Both the position numbers and the translations under genes were made by a program. Below are positions 1-9,458 of a DNA stretch of 64,000 nucleotides, piece after piece; the first letter of the stretch is position 1; the number at the start of each line of letters is the position of its first letter. Source of the DNA: an uncultured Acidimicrobiales bacterium (GTDB lineage: Bacteria > Actinomycetota > Acidimicrobiia > Acidimicrobiales > SZUA-35); assembly GCA_937922045.1 (NCBI GenBank), contig CAKZXA010000004.1:42878-106877 (forward strand), given 5' to 3'. Under the pieces are notes generated by a model. That model had not been told where the DNA came from. It was given only the letters and a program-made list of their open reading frames with translations, and made no database searches.

Positions 1-200
1 CGCTCCGAGAAGAGGCCGCCAAGGCCAGCGAGAAGGATCGGGATGCACCATTTGAGCATGGCACGAGAGGCGGTGTCGGCGGTTAGGCGGCCAACGCCGC
101 CCGACTCGAACGATTCGGCGATGGCCAGAACCAGGACGCCGACCGAGGCATAGAGCGCAAACCGCAACCATGTTGGTAGTCGATGCAAGGCAGCGAGCAT
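1..200 (-). CDS. ABC permease, BMP/nucleoside type (5' part; runs off the window)
   Basis: Hand translation from ATG at 200 (TGATG overlap with the upstream permease): MLAALHRLPTWLRFALY...KWCIPILLAGLGGLFSER, a typical start of the second permease. Confidence 0.85.
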   Translation of the reverse strand, partial: MLAALHRLPTWLRFALYASVGVLVLAIAESFESGGVGRLTADTASRAMLKWCIPILLAGLGGLFSE

Positions 201-1306
201 CAGGCCGCACCTCCTGCCGTCGCCAAGGCAGCCATCTTGGTTTCCTCCCGCTGTCGGATCTGGTTGACGTATTCATAGGTGATCACCGCTGTCAGCAGGA
301 TGACACCCTGCATGATGATCACGATTTCCGGTGAGGCTGAGCCTGTCACCTGCAGAATGCTCGAGGAGCTGTCCATAAAGGCGAAAAGCAGGGCGGCGAA
401 GGCCACACCGACAGGATGGTGCCGCCCGAGAAGAGCGACGGCGATGCCGGCGAAACCGAGACCCGGAGAGAAATTGTTGTCGTACCGGTGGTAGCGGCTG
501 ACGAGGTCGACCATGCCGACGAGGCCAGCGGCCGCCCCCGACAAGACCATGGCCACAACAACCATCCGTTTCGGTGGCACACCACCGGAGCGAGCCGCCA
601 TCGGATTCAAGCCGCTAGCCCGCAGATCAAACCCAAAGCGAGAGCGGTTGATAGTGAGGTGATAGGCGATGCCGACCAGGACCGCCACCACGAGCATGCC
701 GGAAAGCTGCCGACCCTTGATGTCGCGGGTAAAGGCCTCTACAAACCCGTTCAGGTTGGGCATCCACCCGGATTCCGCTATGAGCTTCGTTCCCGAGTTG
801 GTGGAGATCTCGCCGTCGCGGAAGCGACCGATCAAGGCGGCGATGATGCCACCGATGGCGATGAAATTCAGCATGATGGTGCCGATCACCTCGTTGACAC
901 CCCGGGTGACCTTCAAAAGCCCGGCCAAACCCGACCACAACCCACCGACGATCATGGCGACGACGAGAATCAAGAGGAGGTGAAGAAATCCAGGGAGGGC
1001 CAGGGCTCCACCGACCACAGCGGCGACGAACATGGCCAATTGGTACTGGCCTTCCACCCCGATGTTGAACAGGTTCATTCGGAAACCGATAGCGGCCGCT
1101 ATACCCGAAAGGTAGAGCGGGGTCGCCCGATTGAGCATGTCGATGACGATCTCCAACCGGCTTCCGTATTCAAGCATGTCGCCGAAGGCCACCAAGGGGT
1201 TGCTGCCCACGAGCACGAGCACCAAGGCACTCAGGAGAAAGGCTAGAAGCAGCGAGGCGAGTGGAGCGGCGAGCGCCAGGCTCGCCGAGCGCATCCGGTT
1301 GTTCAT
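200..1306 (-). CDS. ABC permease, simple sugar/nucleoside family
   Basis: Hydrophobic; FNIGVEGQ, GVNEVIGTIMLN and GFAGIAVALLGR motifs. Confidence 0.92.
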   Translation of the reverse strand: MNNRMRSASLALAAPLASLLLAFLLSALVLVLVGSNPLVAFGDMLEYGSRLEIVIDMLNRATPLYLSGIAAAIGFRMNLFNIGVEGQYQLAMFVAAVVGGALALPGFLHLLLILVVAMIVGGLWSGLAGLLKVTRGVNEVIGTIMLNFIAIGGIIAALIGRFRDGEISTNSGTKLIAESGWMPNLNGFVEAFTRDIKGRQLSGMLVVAVLVGIAYHLTINRSRFGFDLRASGLNPMAARSGGVPPKRMVVVAMVLSGAAAGLVGMVDLVSRYHRYDNNFSPGLGFAGIAVALLGRHHPVGVAFAALLFAFMDSSSSILQVTGSASPEIVIIMQGVILLTAVITYEYVNQIRQREETKMAALATAGGAA

Positions 1307-2853
1307 TCCGCACCTCCATCAGCCGAACCGTTGCCGTCGGTTTCGATGGCGGCACCAGTCATGTATGAACCAAGTTGTCGCGGGGTCACGTTCGCCGGAT
1401 CAAGCTTCGCCACCAGCTTCCCCCGGAGCATCACCAGGATCGTGTCGGACAAGCCGATCAGTTCCTCCAGGTCGGCCGAGATAAGCATTGTGGCCAAACC
1501 ATCGGCTCTCGCGTCTCGAATCTTCTGCCAAACCGAGGCTTGAGCGCCAACGTCGATGCCTCGCGTCGGGTGGGCCAGCACGAGGATCTTGGGATCGGCC
1601 GTCATCTCTCGACCGATGATCAGCTTCTGTTGATTTCCACCCGACAGGGCATGGGCGGCCACATCAACGTTGGGTGTCTTCACCCCGAAGCGCTTGCGAA
1701 TAGTCTGCGTGTGGGCCCGTGATGCCGCCCGATCGATCCACCAACCTTTGGCGTAGGGTCGCTGGGTCTGGTGGCCGAGCGCCGCATTCTCCCACAGAGG
1801 CGCCGTGAGCAGAAGGCCTTCCTCGTGGCGGTCTTGAGGTACCAGGCCAACCCCGGCCTCGCGACGCTGACGGACAGACCATTTTGTGATATCTTGGCCC
1901 ATAAGTTCGAGCGTGCCGGTCTCGACATGTTCGGTTCCCATGATGGCGCCGATCAGCTCTCCCTGACCGTTGCCTTCCACACCGGCGATGCCAACGATCT
2001 CGCCACGGTGGATGACCAAATCGACATCGTCGACGACCGGGCGATCCTCCTCGTTGAGCACCGTGACCCCGCGGAGCGAGAGAGCGACGTCATCGGTAAC
2101 CGTCGACTCGGTCGTCTCTGGCGACGGCAGCTCGGAGCCGACCATGAGCTCAGCCAGATCACCAGCGGTTACGTCGCTCGCTTTGACCTCGCCGACGGTG
2201 CGGCCTTGACGTAGCACGGTGATGGTGTCGGCGATATCGAGCACTTCGGGCAGCTTGTGATTGATGACAAGGATTGTCGAACCCTGTGCCTTGAGCTCGC
2301 GCAGGTTGTGGTGGAGTTGCTCGACCTCCTGGGGCACGAGCACAGCCGTCGGCTCGTCGAGGATCAGAATCTTCGCCCCTCGAAACAGCACCTTGATGAT
2401 CTCGACCCGCTGACGCTCGCCAACTTCGAGGGTCTCCACCAGATCGTTCGGCTCGATGTCGAGCCCGTAGGCGTGGGATACCTCACGAAGATGCTGGGCC
2501 GCCGATTCAAAATCGATCCGCCCGAACGACTTCGTTGGCTCAGAGCCGAGGATCACGTTTTCCAGAACGGTCAGGTTGTCGGCCAACATCACATGCTGAT
2601 GGACCATGCCGATACCGGCCTCGATGGCTTCGGTTGGCGACTTGAAGTCGACCTCGGTGCCGTTGACGAGCATCTTGCCCTCGTCTGGCGGCTGCATCCC
2701 ATACAGGATCTTCATCAAGGTTGATTTGCCGGCGCCGTTCTCTCCAACGATGGCGTGGATCTCGCCCAGCTCGACCCGCAGGTTGACTCTGTCGTTAGCC
2801 AGCACACCGGGAAAACGCTTGGTGATGTCAATCAACTCGATCGCTAAGACCAC
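1303..2853 (-). CDS. ABC ATP-binding protein with two NBDs (sugar/nucleoside type)
   Basis: GENGAGKS Walker A, LSGGNQQK, PTRGIDVGA. Confidence 0.95.
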   Translation of the reverse strand: MVLAIELIDITKRFPGVLANDRVNLRVELGEIHAIVGENGAGKSTLMKILYGMQPPDEGKMLVNGTEVDFKSPTEAIEAGIGMVHQHVMLADNLTVLENVILGSEPTKSFGRIDFESAAQHLREVSHAYGLDIEPNDLVETLEVGERQRVEIIKVLFRGAKILILDEPTAVLVPQEVEQLHHNLRELKAQGSTILVINHKLPEVLDIADTITVLRQGRTVGEVKASDVTAGDLAELMVGSELPSPETTESTVTDDVALSLRGVTVLNEEDRPVVDDVDLVIHRGEIVGIAGVEGNGQGELIGAIMGTEHVETGTLELMGQDITKWSVRQRREAGVGLVPQDRHEEGLLLTAPLWENAALGHQTQRPYAKGWWIDRAASRAHTQTIRKRFGVKTPNVDVAAHALSGGNQQKLIIGREMTADPKILVLAHPTRGIDVGAQASVWQKIRDARADGLATMLISADLEELIGLSDTILVMLRGKLVAKLDPANVTPRQLGSYMTGAAIETDGNGSADGGAE

Positions 2854-2900
2854 AGCTCCCCCATCTTGCTTCTCCCCCTAGACATTCGCCGAAAAGACAC

Positions 2901-2931
2901 CGAGTGGGGACGGAAAGACCGTCCCCACTCG
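2901..2931 (-). terminator. 13-bp hairpin directly after the BMP gene
   Basis: cgagtggggacgg-aaaga-ccgtccccactcg perfect inverted repeat; gtgtcttttc follows on the minus strand. Confidence 0.7.
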
Positions 2932-2983
2932 TCATCATAGTGTTCTTCCAAGTTTCGGAATCTATCGATCCGGAAACGTAGCG

Positions 2984-4075
2984 TTACGGCGCGGTGGGAA
3001 CTTCGATCTCACCATCGATGATGGCCTGCTTGGCCTCGTCGATTTCACCCGTGATGTCGTCAATGAAGCCACCCGTTGTCGAGTAGTCGACGCCACCAGC
3101 GGCCAGGTCGTAGCGAACCTCGCCTGGAACGAAGTTGTCCTTGAGCACGTCTTCGGTGATGTTGTACACAGCGTTGTCAACTCGCTTGAGCATCGAGGTC
3201 AGCACGTACTCCTGAACCGACGGATCAACCGTGTTGTACTGATCGGAGTCGACACCGATGCCCCATACTTTCGAGCCCTCGGCTGCGGTGTGATCAGCAG
3301 CGGCCTGGAACATGCCCGAGCCGGAAAGGCCCGCAGCGGCATAGATGATGTCGGCGCCTTCGCCGTACATGGCCGATGCGATTTCCTTGCCACGATCAGG
3401 CGACTCGAAACCGGCGAAATCCGGGAACTCGGAGATGTAGTCGACCTTGACCTCAGCGTCGGGGTTGACCGACTGGACACCAGCAACGAAGCCCGCTTCG
3501 AACTTCTCGATGAGGCCGATGCCACTCACACCACCGATAAATCCGATGACGTTGGTTTCGGTCTTCAGACCGGCAGCGACGCCAACCAGGTAGGAACCCT
3601 GCTCTTCAGCAAACACAAGACCGGCAGCGTTCGGAGCGAGCGGCTCACCAGTATCGAAGTTCATCATCGAATCGTCCACCACGGCGAACTTCACATCGGG
3701 ATTCTCGGCTGCAACCTCAGCTGCGGCTTGAGCGAAGGAAAAGCCAACACCGACGACGAGGTCGGAGTTTTCCGCTTGAAGCTGGAGGTCTCCGGCACGA
3801 GCCGACGCATCGGTCGGTGTGATCTCGTTAACGGTTACCCCGAAATCAGCCTTGGCCTTGTCGGTACCCGCAGCGGCCGAGTCGTTGAACGACTGGTCAC
3901 CACGACCGAGAAGGTCGAAGGTCAGACCAACCGTCTTGTCGGCACCGATACCGTCGGCCGCAGCCTCGCTATCGCCGCCGCCATCGGCCGCATCATCGCC
4001 GTCTGAGCCACAGGCTGCAGCGAACAAACCGAACGCCGCCACCAGGGCGAGTAGAAACTTCCACTGTTTACGCAT
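2984..4075 (-). CDS. BMP family ABC substrate-binding lipoprotein
   Basis: Start MRKQWKF, lipobox LFAAAC, GRGDQSFND, IGVDSDQ, TSMLKRVD. Confidence 0.93.
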   Translation of the reverse strand: MRKQWKFLLALVAAFGLFAAACGSDGDDAADGGGDSEAAADGIGADKTVGLTFDLLGRGDQSFNDSAAAGTDKAKADFGVTVNEITPTDASARAGDLQLQAENSDLVVGVGFSFAQAAAEVAAENPDVKFAVVDDSMMNFDTGEPLAPNAAGLVFAEEQGSYLVGVAAGLKTETNVIGFIGGVSGIGLIEKFEAGFVAGVQSVNPDAEVKVDYISEFPDFAGFESPDRGKEIASAMYGEGADIIYAAAGLSGSGMFQAAADHTAAEGSKVWGIGVDSDQYNTVDPSVQEYVLTSMLKRVDNAVYNITEDVLKDNFVPGEVRYDLAAGGVDYSTTGGFIDDITGEIDEAKQAIIDGEIEVPTAP

Positions 4076-4251
4076 GTCGTTTGGACTCCCCAAAACTAGA
4101 CTCCGCAACCGGACCGACAGCGGCCGGAAACGAACATTTCTTGATCACGCGACATTACCCGCAAACCCTTTCCGCTGCGCACCAGTCGACCGTTTTGTTA
4201 CAAACGACCCTCCGACCTAGAATCGGTCGAATCTCGGACTCAGGGGGTCTG

Positions 4252-5280
4252 TTGCTCGAATCATCAAAGCTCGACGAACCACTACCCCACTTGTCGACCA
4301 TCGACCTCGCCGATTCTGCCAAACAGGTTGCCGAGAAGATTGATCATGCGGCCAGAACCCTCGGATTCCTCGCCATCGCCAACCATGGCGTACCCGACGA
4401 TCTGATCGCCAGAATCTGGGAACGGTCACAGACCTTCTTTGATCTGCCGATCGAGGCCAAGATGACGGCCCGTCATCAAAGCGAAGCTCATCACCCCTAT
4501 GGCTACTTTCCCATGGGTCAGGAGACATTGGCTCGCTCACTCGACGACGTGACCACAGCCGATCCCCCATCGGCGCCCTTCGATCTCAAGGAGACGTTCA
4601 ATCTCGGCCCTGGAATCGATAGCGACGATCGGACACGGCGTTTCGGCGGCATCGAACGCATCTGGCCCGCGACCGCAGATCCTGCCTTCGACCGGTCATT
4701 CCGCTCGGCCTGGCTCGACTACTTCGACGCCATGGAGCAGCTCTCCGACCGACTCCTGACCCACTTCGCCCAGGCGCTCGACTTCGATGACGACTTCTTT
4801 ACACGCGCACACCATGGTCACCTCAGCGCCCTGCGAGCCATCAACTATCCGCCGCTAGATGTCCTGCGATCGCAACCTGCACGTGGCCAGCTCCGGGCTG
4901 GCGCCCACAGCGACTATGGCACGCTGACGATTCTTCTTCCCGGCCCTGGCGACGGCGGCCTGGAGATCGGTAGGGCCAATGGTGATTGGCTGCGAATCCA
5001 GCCCGTCGACGGCTGCTTTCTCATCAACCTTGGCGACCTGATGCAGATATGGAGCGGCGGGCGATGGCCCTCGACTATCCATCGGGTTGGGCTGCCCCCT
5101 GCCGAGAAGCAGACCGAACGCCGTCAAGCCATCGCCTATTTTTGTCAGCCAGCTGGATCAGCTCGGGTGGTCCCCGTCCATGACCCGGAGTCATCCTTCG
5201 AATTCGGGCACTGGCTCCACGCCAAGTTCAGCCGGGCCTCGACGTCGACATCATCGCCGACACCGCTCCCGACCGACTGA
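4252..5280 (+). CDS. 2OG-Fe(II) dioxygenase, isopenicillin N synthase-like
   Basis: GFLAIANHGV, HSDYG (HxD), NLGDLMQIWSGGRWPSTIHRV, RQAIAYF; TTG start at 4252 after AGGGG is uncertain. Confidence 0.85.
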   Translation: MLESSKLDEPLPHLSTIDLADSAKQVAEKIDHAARTLGFLAIANHGVPDDLIARIWERSQTFFDLPIEAKMTARHQSEAHHPYGYFPMGQETLARSLDDVTTADPPSAPFDLKETFNLGPGIDSDDRTRRFGGIERIWPATADPAFDRSFRSAWLDYFDAMEQLSDRLLTHFAQALDFDDDFFTRAHHGHLSALRAINYPPLDVLRSQPARGQLRAGAHSDYGTLTILLPGPGDGGLEIGRANGDWLRIQPVDGCFLINLGDLMQIWSGGRWPSTIHRVGLPPAEKQTERRQAIAYFCQPAGSARVVPVHDPESSFEFGHWLHAKFSRASTSTSSPTPLPTD

Positions 5281-5295
5281 GGCTGGGGGGCTGGG

Positions 5296-6909
5296 TCAGG
5301 CCTGACCGATTCCTCCGTAGGCAATGCCGGAAAGGTTGTTCATCTCCCGGTCGAACGTTGTCAGATCGTTCAGGCTGAAGCCAGCGAGCGAATCGTGACC
5401 GCAGGCTCGCGCCACCACCGCCATCAGCTCGACCGAAGCCGTGAGGAAACGCTCCAGGCGCTGGGCTGCCTCCTCCACGAGGAGACGGGACCGAAGGTCC
5501 TTCTTCTGGGTGGCGATTCCAACCGGACAATTGTTGGTGTTGCAGGCTCGCATGCCCAGACAGCCGATCGCTTGCAAGGCCGAATTGGCGATGGCGATTG
5601 CATCCGCGCCGAGAGCCATCGCCTTGGCGAAGTCAGCCGGCGTGCGCAGGCCACCGGTAATGACCAGCGTCACGTCACCGCGACCCGAGGCGTCGAGATG
5701 GCGCCGAGCTCGAGCCAGCGCCGGAATCGTCGGCACGGAGATGTTGTCGCGCAGTATCGTCGGAGCGGCGCCGGTGCCTCCGCCCCTGCCGTCGAGAATG
5801 ATGTAGTCCACCCCGATGCCGAGGGCGGCGTCGATGTCGGCTTCAATGTGCTGGGCCGATAGCTTCGCTCCGATCGGCACGCCACCGGAGGTGGCCCTTG
5901 CCTCGGCCACGACCTCCCGATAGTCGTCCACGGTTACCAGATCAGGGAACGTGGCCGGTGAGACCGCGGCCTGGCCTTCGGGGAGGCCGCGCACCTCAGC
6001 GATCTTGCCGGTCACTTTGTGCCCCGGCAGGTGGCCTCCGGTTCCGGTCTTTGCCCCCTGCCCAAACTTGAAGTGGAACGCCCCAACGTCGGCCACCTTG
6101 TCGGGTGACCAGCCGAACCGTCCGGACGCCAGTTCATAGAAATAGCGCGAGTTCTCCGCCTTCTCTTCGGGGAGCATGCCGCCTTCGCCCGAGCAGATGC
6201 CGGTTCCAGCTCGTTCTGCGCCACGGGCCAGGGCGACCTTCGCCTCTTCCGACAAGGAGCCATAACTCATGTCGGTCACGAAGAGCGGAATGGCCAATTC
6301 GAGTGGCTTAGCCGCGTTTGGACCGATGACGGTGGTCGAGGTGACGGGGTCGCCATCGAGACCGGGGCGTTTCGCTAGCTGGGCGGTGACGAACTGGATG
6401 CTGTCCCAACTCGGCAGCTCCTGGCGCGCCACACCCATAGCGGCCATCGGGCCGTGCTCCCCGACCTTCTCGAGCCCATTGCTGGCCAGGGTGGAAATGA
6501 GGCCAACGTGAGGTTCCTCAGGGGCGCCGTGCGGGTCTTGATACGCCCCCTGGTAGGCGTCACGGTCGAAGGGCTGGGGGTTAGCGGAAGCCCACGCAGC
6601 AACCTCGTCGGCGTCGACGAAGACACCATCATCCTCAACCCAGGAGGTGAACTTGTGAAGTCGCTCAGCGTTGTTATACGAGCTGATCCCGCTCTCTAAG
6701 CGGTAGTCCCATCCATGAACGCCACAGATCAGATCAGGGCCACTGGCGCTTACGTCGGCGAGCAATACGCCTCGATGGAGGCAGCGTCCGTAGAGAACCG
6801 AGTGATCGTCATCGAACCGGGTTATGACGAGATCGACGTTGGCGACCAACGCCCCGACCGGCTGCCGATCCGCAAGCTCATTCCAACCAGCGACTCTCTG
6901 TGGATTCAT
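5296..6909 (-). CDS. Rieske [2Fe-2S] domain fused to an FMN-binding glutamate-synthase-like domain
   Basis: N-terminal CLH...CGVH; MSYGSLS, KFGQGAKTGTGGHLP, DGRGGGTGA; Cys cluster CLGMRACNTNNCP. Confidence 0.9.
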   Translation of the reverse strand: MNPQRVAGWNELADRQPVGALVANVDLVITRFDDDHSVLYGRCLHRGVLLADVSASGPDLICGVHGWDYRLESGISSYNNAERLHKFTSWVEDDGVFVDADEVAAWASANPQPFDRDAYQGAYQDPHGAPEEPHVGLISTLASNGLEKVGEHGPMAAMGVARQELPSWDSIQFVTAQLAKRPGLDGDPVTSTTVIGPNAAKPLELAIPLFVTDMSYGSLSEEAKVALARGAERAGTGICSGEGGMLPEEKAENSRYFYELASGRFGWSPDKVADVGAFHFKFGQGAKTGTGGHLPGHKVTGKIAEVRGLPEGQAAVSPATFPDLVTVDDYREVVAEARATSGGVPIGAKLSAQHIEADIDAALGIGVDYIILDGRGGGTGAAPTILRDNISVPTIPALARARRHLDASGRGDVTLVITGGLRTPADFAKAMALGADAIAIANSALQAIGCLGMRACNTNNCPVGIATQKKDLRSRLLVEEAAQRLERFLTASVELMAVVARACGHDSLAGFSLNDLTTFDREMNNLSGIAYGGIGQA

Positions 6910-7066
6910 TGGCGCTCCTTAGGGTTGGGATAAACCTAGCAAGCAGCATCCGACTCCGCCCTTCCAAACAAGCCGATCAGCCGTACAGGTCGTACAGCTT
7001 GCATCACTGTCGAGTTCGTGCCGCGGCTCTGCACAACCTGCGAACCGAAGGTGTTGTCCCCGGGGT

Positions 7067-7714
7067 TTAAATGATTTGTCGATGGGCGGCCCAGGCCGCC
7101 AGTTCGCTACGGCTAGAGAGCTGCAACTTTCGGAGAACCGAGGAGGCGTGGCTCTCCACGGTCTTGATCGAGATCGTGAGCTTGCGGGCGATCGCCTTGT
7201 AGGCATACCCACGAGCGAGCAGCCGCATCACTTCCTGCTCGCGGGCGGTCAACTGGTCGAGTTCGGGGTCTTCAGGTGCCTCCAGGGTGGTGGTGAAAGC
7301 ATCGAGCACAAAGCCTGCGAGCCGGGGAGAAAACACCGCGTCGCCCTCATGGACCCGACGGACGGCGTCGATCAGCTCGTCGCCCTTGATCGCCTTGGTC
7401 ACATAACCTCGGGCGCCTGCCCTGATCACGTGGATGACATCTTCGGCCGCGTCGGAAACCGACAGGGCGAGGAACTGCGACTCAATGCCTCGGTCTTGCA
7501 GCTGGGTGATGACGTCGGCGGCTGTGCCGTCAGGGAGGTGGACGTCGCAGACCACGACGTCGGGCTGGCTGGCCGCGATCCGATCCACAGCCTCGGCAAC
7601 ACTCGACGCCTCGACGATCACCTCGAGGAGGTCGGCGGCAGCCGCCAACTCGCTGCCGACACCTGCTCGCACCAATGCGTGGTCATCGACCAACCCAACC
7701 GTAATCCGTTTCAT
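7067..7714 (-). CDS. NarL/LuxR-family response regulator
   Basis: VDDH, DVHLPD receiver; LTAREQEV...KTVESH HTH. Confidence 0.95.
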   Translation of the reverse strand: MKRITVGLVDDHALVRAGVGSELAAAADLLEVIVEASSVAEAVDRIAASQPDVVVCDVHLPDGTAADVITQLQDRGIESQFLALSVSDAAEDVIHVIRAGARGYVTKAIKGDELIDAVRRVHEGDAVFSPRLAGFVLDAFTTTLEAPEDPELDQLTAREQEVMRLLARGYAYKAIARKLTISIKTVESHASSVLRKLQLSSRSELAAWAAHRQII

Positions 7715-7730
7715 CGTCTTGATCCCTCAA

Positions 7731-9029
7731 TCATGGAGTCTGCTCGTCTGTGTCATCAATCAGGCCTAGGGGCAGGAAAAGCTCTATCTCGGTGCCCTCG
7801 CCTACCGCCGAATGGACCGATGCTCGGCCACCGATGCGCTTCATGCGTTCAATGATCGACTCGGTAACACCATGGCGATCCTCATCGATGGCGTCAACAT
7901 CGAAGCCACACCCATCATCGCGGACAAAGACCTCGATCCCATCCGCACCAACCTCGGCGAAGACATCGACGGTCTCGACCTTGGCGTGTTTCGCTGCGTT
8001 CGTCACCGCTTCCTGGGTGGCGGCCATAAGGTCGCGGATCGCCTGCGGGTCGAGGTCGTTGTCGTCGCCGACAACGACCACATTCACCTGAACCTGGTGA
8101 CGGCGCTCCACGACCGAAGCGACGATCTGAAGAGCTGGTTCCATACGAACCAGGGCCGGGTCGGACGGGGACGTTCCGTAGAGCCAACCTCGCAGCTCGC
8201 GCTCCTGCTGGCGGGCGAGCCGGGCCGTGAGCGCTGGGTCATCCGCTCCTTTCTGAATGAGCGTCAATGTCTGCAACACCGAGTCGTGAAGGTGGGCGGC
8301 AACTTTCGCTCGCTCGTCGGCTCGAACCCGCTCGGCACGCTCGTCATCGAGTTCTCTCCCAATGCGGGCAATCGATGGAACCGCCACCACCAGAAGCGCG
8401 GCCAGGGCACCGAATGCGGGAATCATCTGCAACCAGTTGTCGGTGGAGGTGAAGCGGGTGATGCCAGCGACCGCTCCCGAGGCGGCAACGACGACACCTA
8501 GCACGACACGCATCGTCGACCAGGCGCCCGCTTGCCCCAGCTTGGCTCCCCAGGCGATGAATCCTCCAGCCCCGATCAGTCCGAGTGGAATGATGGCGGG
8601 ATTGTCGACCCCAAACCCGATGACCTGACCGGCCAGCATGAGGCCGAGCACGACAAGGCCTACGCCAAGGTAACGAAGATTCTGGCTTCGGGCTTTCGGC
8701 TGCGGCAGGTAGTGGTTGACCGTGGAGCGATGCACGAAACCTAGCCAGATCCAGGCCAAACCGTAGAGAACAACACCCCAGCCGCCCTGGAGAGCGAGAG
8801 CGCCAAATCCGAACCGGATGACCGACGGTGACACGCCGACTTCAGCCGCGATGGCGGCACAAACACCACCGATCCAGCCGTCCTCTGGCCGTAGTGGCGG
8901 TACCTGCCAATGCGATGGGCCACCGATGTCGCTGGCCGACATCGTGGCGCCATCAGCCTGGCTATCGTTCGAACCGGACGGCGTTGGTGTCTGCTTGTAG
9001 GAAGGTGAGTCGGTCAAGGTCTGCTCCAT
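7731..9029 (-). CDS. PspC-domain membrane sensor histidine kinase
   Basis: IGGVCAAIA PspC segment, several TM helices, AHLHDSVLQTL H-box, EAVTNAAKH, DDGCGF; start could be 9029, 9038 or 9041. Confidence 0.9.
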   Translation of the reverse strand: MEQTLTDSPSYKQTPTPSGSNDSQADGATMSASDIGGPSHWQVPPLRPEDGWIGGVCAAIAAEVGVSPSVIRFGFGALALQGGWGVVLYGLAWIWLGFVHRSTVNHYLPQPKARSQNLRYLGVGLVVLGLMLAGQVIGFGVDNPAIIPLGLIGAGGFIAWGAKLGQAGAWSTMRVVLGVVVAASGAVAGITRFTSTDNWLQMIPAFGALAALLVVAVPSIARIGRELDDERAERVRADERAKVAAHLHDSVLQTLTLIQKGADDPALTARLARQQERELRGWLYGTSPSDPALVRMEPALQIVASVVERRHQVQVNVVVVGDDNDLDPQAIRDLMAATQEAVTNAAKHAKVETVDVFAEVGADGIEVFVRDDGCGFDVDAIDEDRHGVTESIIERMKRIGGRASVHSAVGEGTEIELFLPLGLIDDTDEQTP

Positions 9030-9067
9030 CTCACTCATCATGATCGCACGCGCGTCGCAGATATGCA

Positions 9068-9105
9068 TCAGGGGTAACCCTGAGCGTAGTCAGGGGGAAT
9101 CCTCA
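9068..9105. promoter_or_regulatory. Two tandem inverted-repeat boxes TCAGGG-N4-CCCTGA (putative response-regulator operators)
   Basis: TCAGGGgtaaCCCTGA at 9068-9083 and TCAGGGggaaTCCTCA at 9090-9105, 22 bp apart, in the divergent intergenic region. Confidence 0.65.
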
Positions 9106-9140
9106 TTTCGGCCGCGGCTCGTTCATCGGATAATGAAGAC

Positions 9141-9458
9141 ATGACAAGCCCACTCACTCCCCCGCATCTCGCCAACGCCACCGACGGCAACACCAACACG
9201 GTCGGAACCAAGCGTCTTGTCCGAGGACAAGACCGCATGCTCGGAGGCGTCGCCTCCGGTCTCGCCGACTACTTCCAGGTCGATGTTTCTCTGGTCCGGC
9301 TACTCTTCGTGCTTGTGGCTCTCTTGCCCGGTCCTGCGTTCGTCGGTTACATCCTGGCCTGGATCGTGGTGCCCGAGGCCGGTACGATCGGCGATACTGT
9401 CGGCGCCGGTCCGGCTCCTGCAGCCACCGCAGAGAGCAGCAGCGTGGTGAACTCATGA
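9141..9458 (+). CDS. PspC-domain protein
   Basis: RLVRGQDRMLGGVASGLADYFQVDVSLVRL...YILAWIVVPE; GATAAT 6 nt upstream of ATG (leaderless). Confidence 0.92.
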   Translation: MTSPLTPPHLANATDGNTNTVGTKRLVRGQDRMLGGVASGLADYFQVDVSLVRLLFVLVALLPGPAFVGYILAWIVVPEAGTIGDTVGAGPAPAATAESSSVVNS

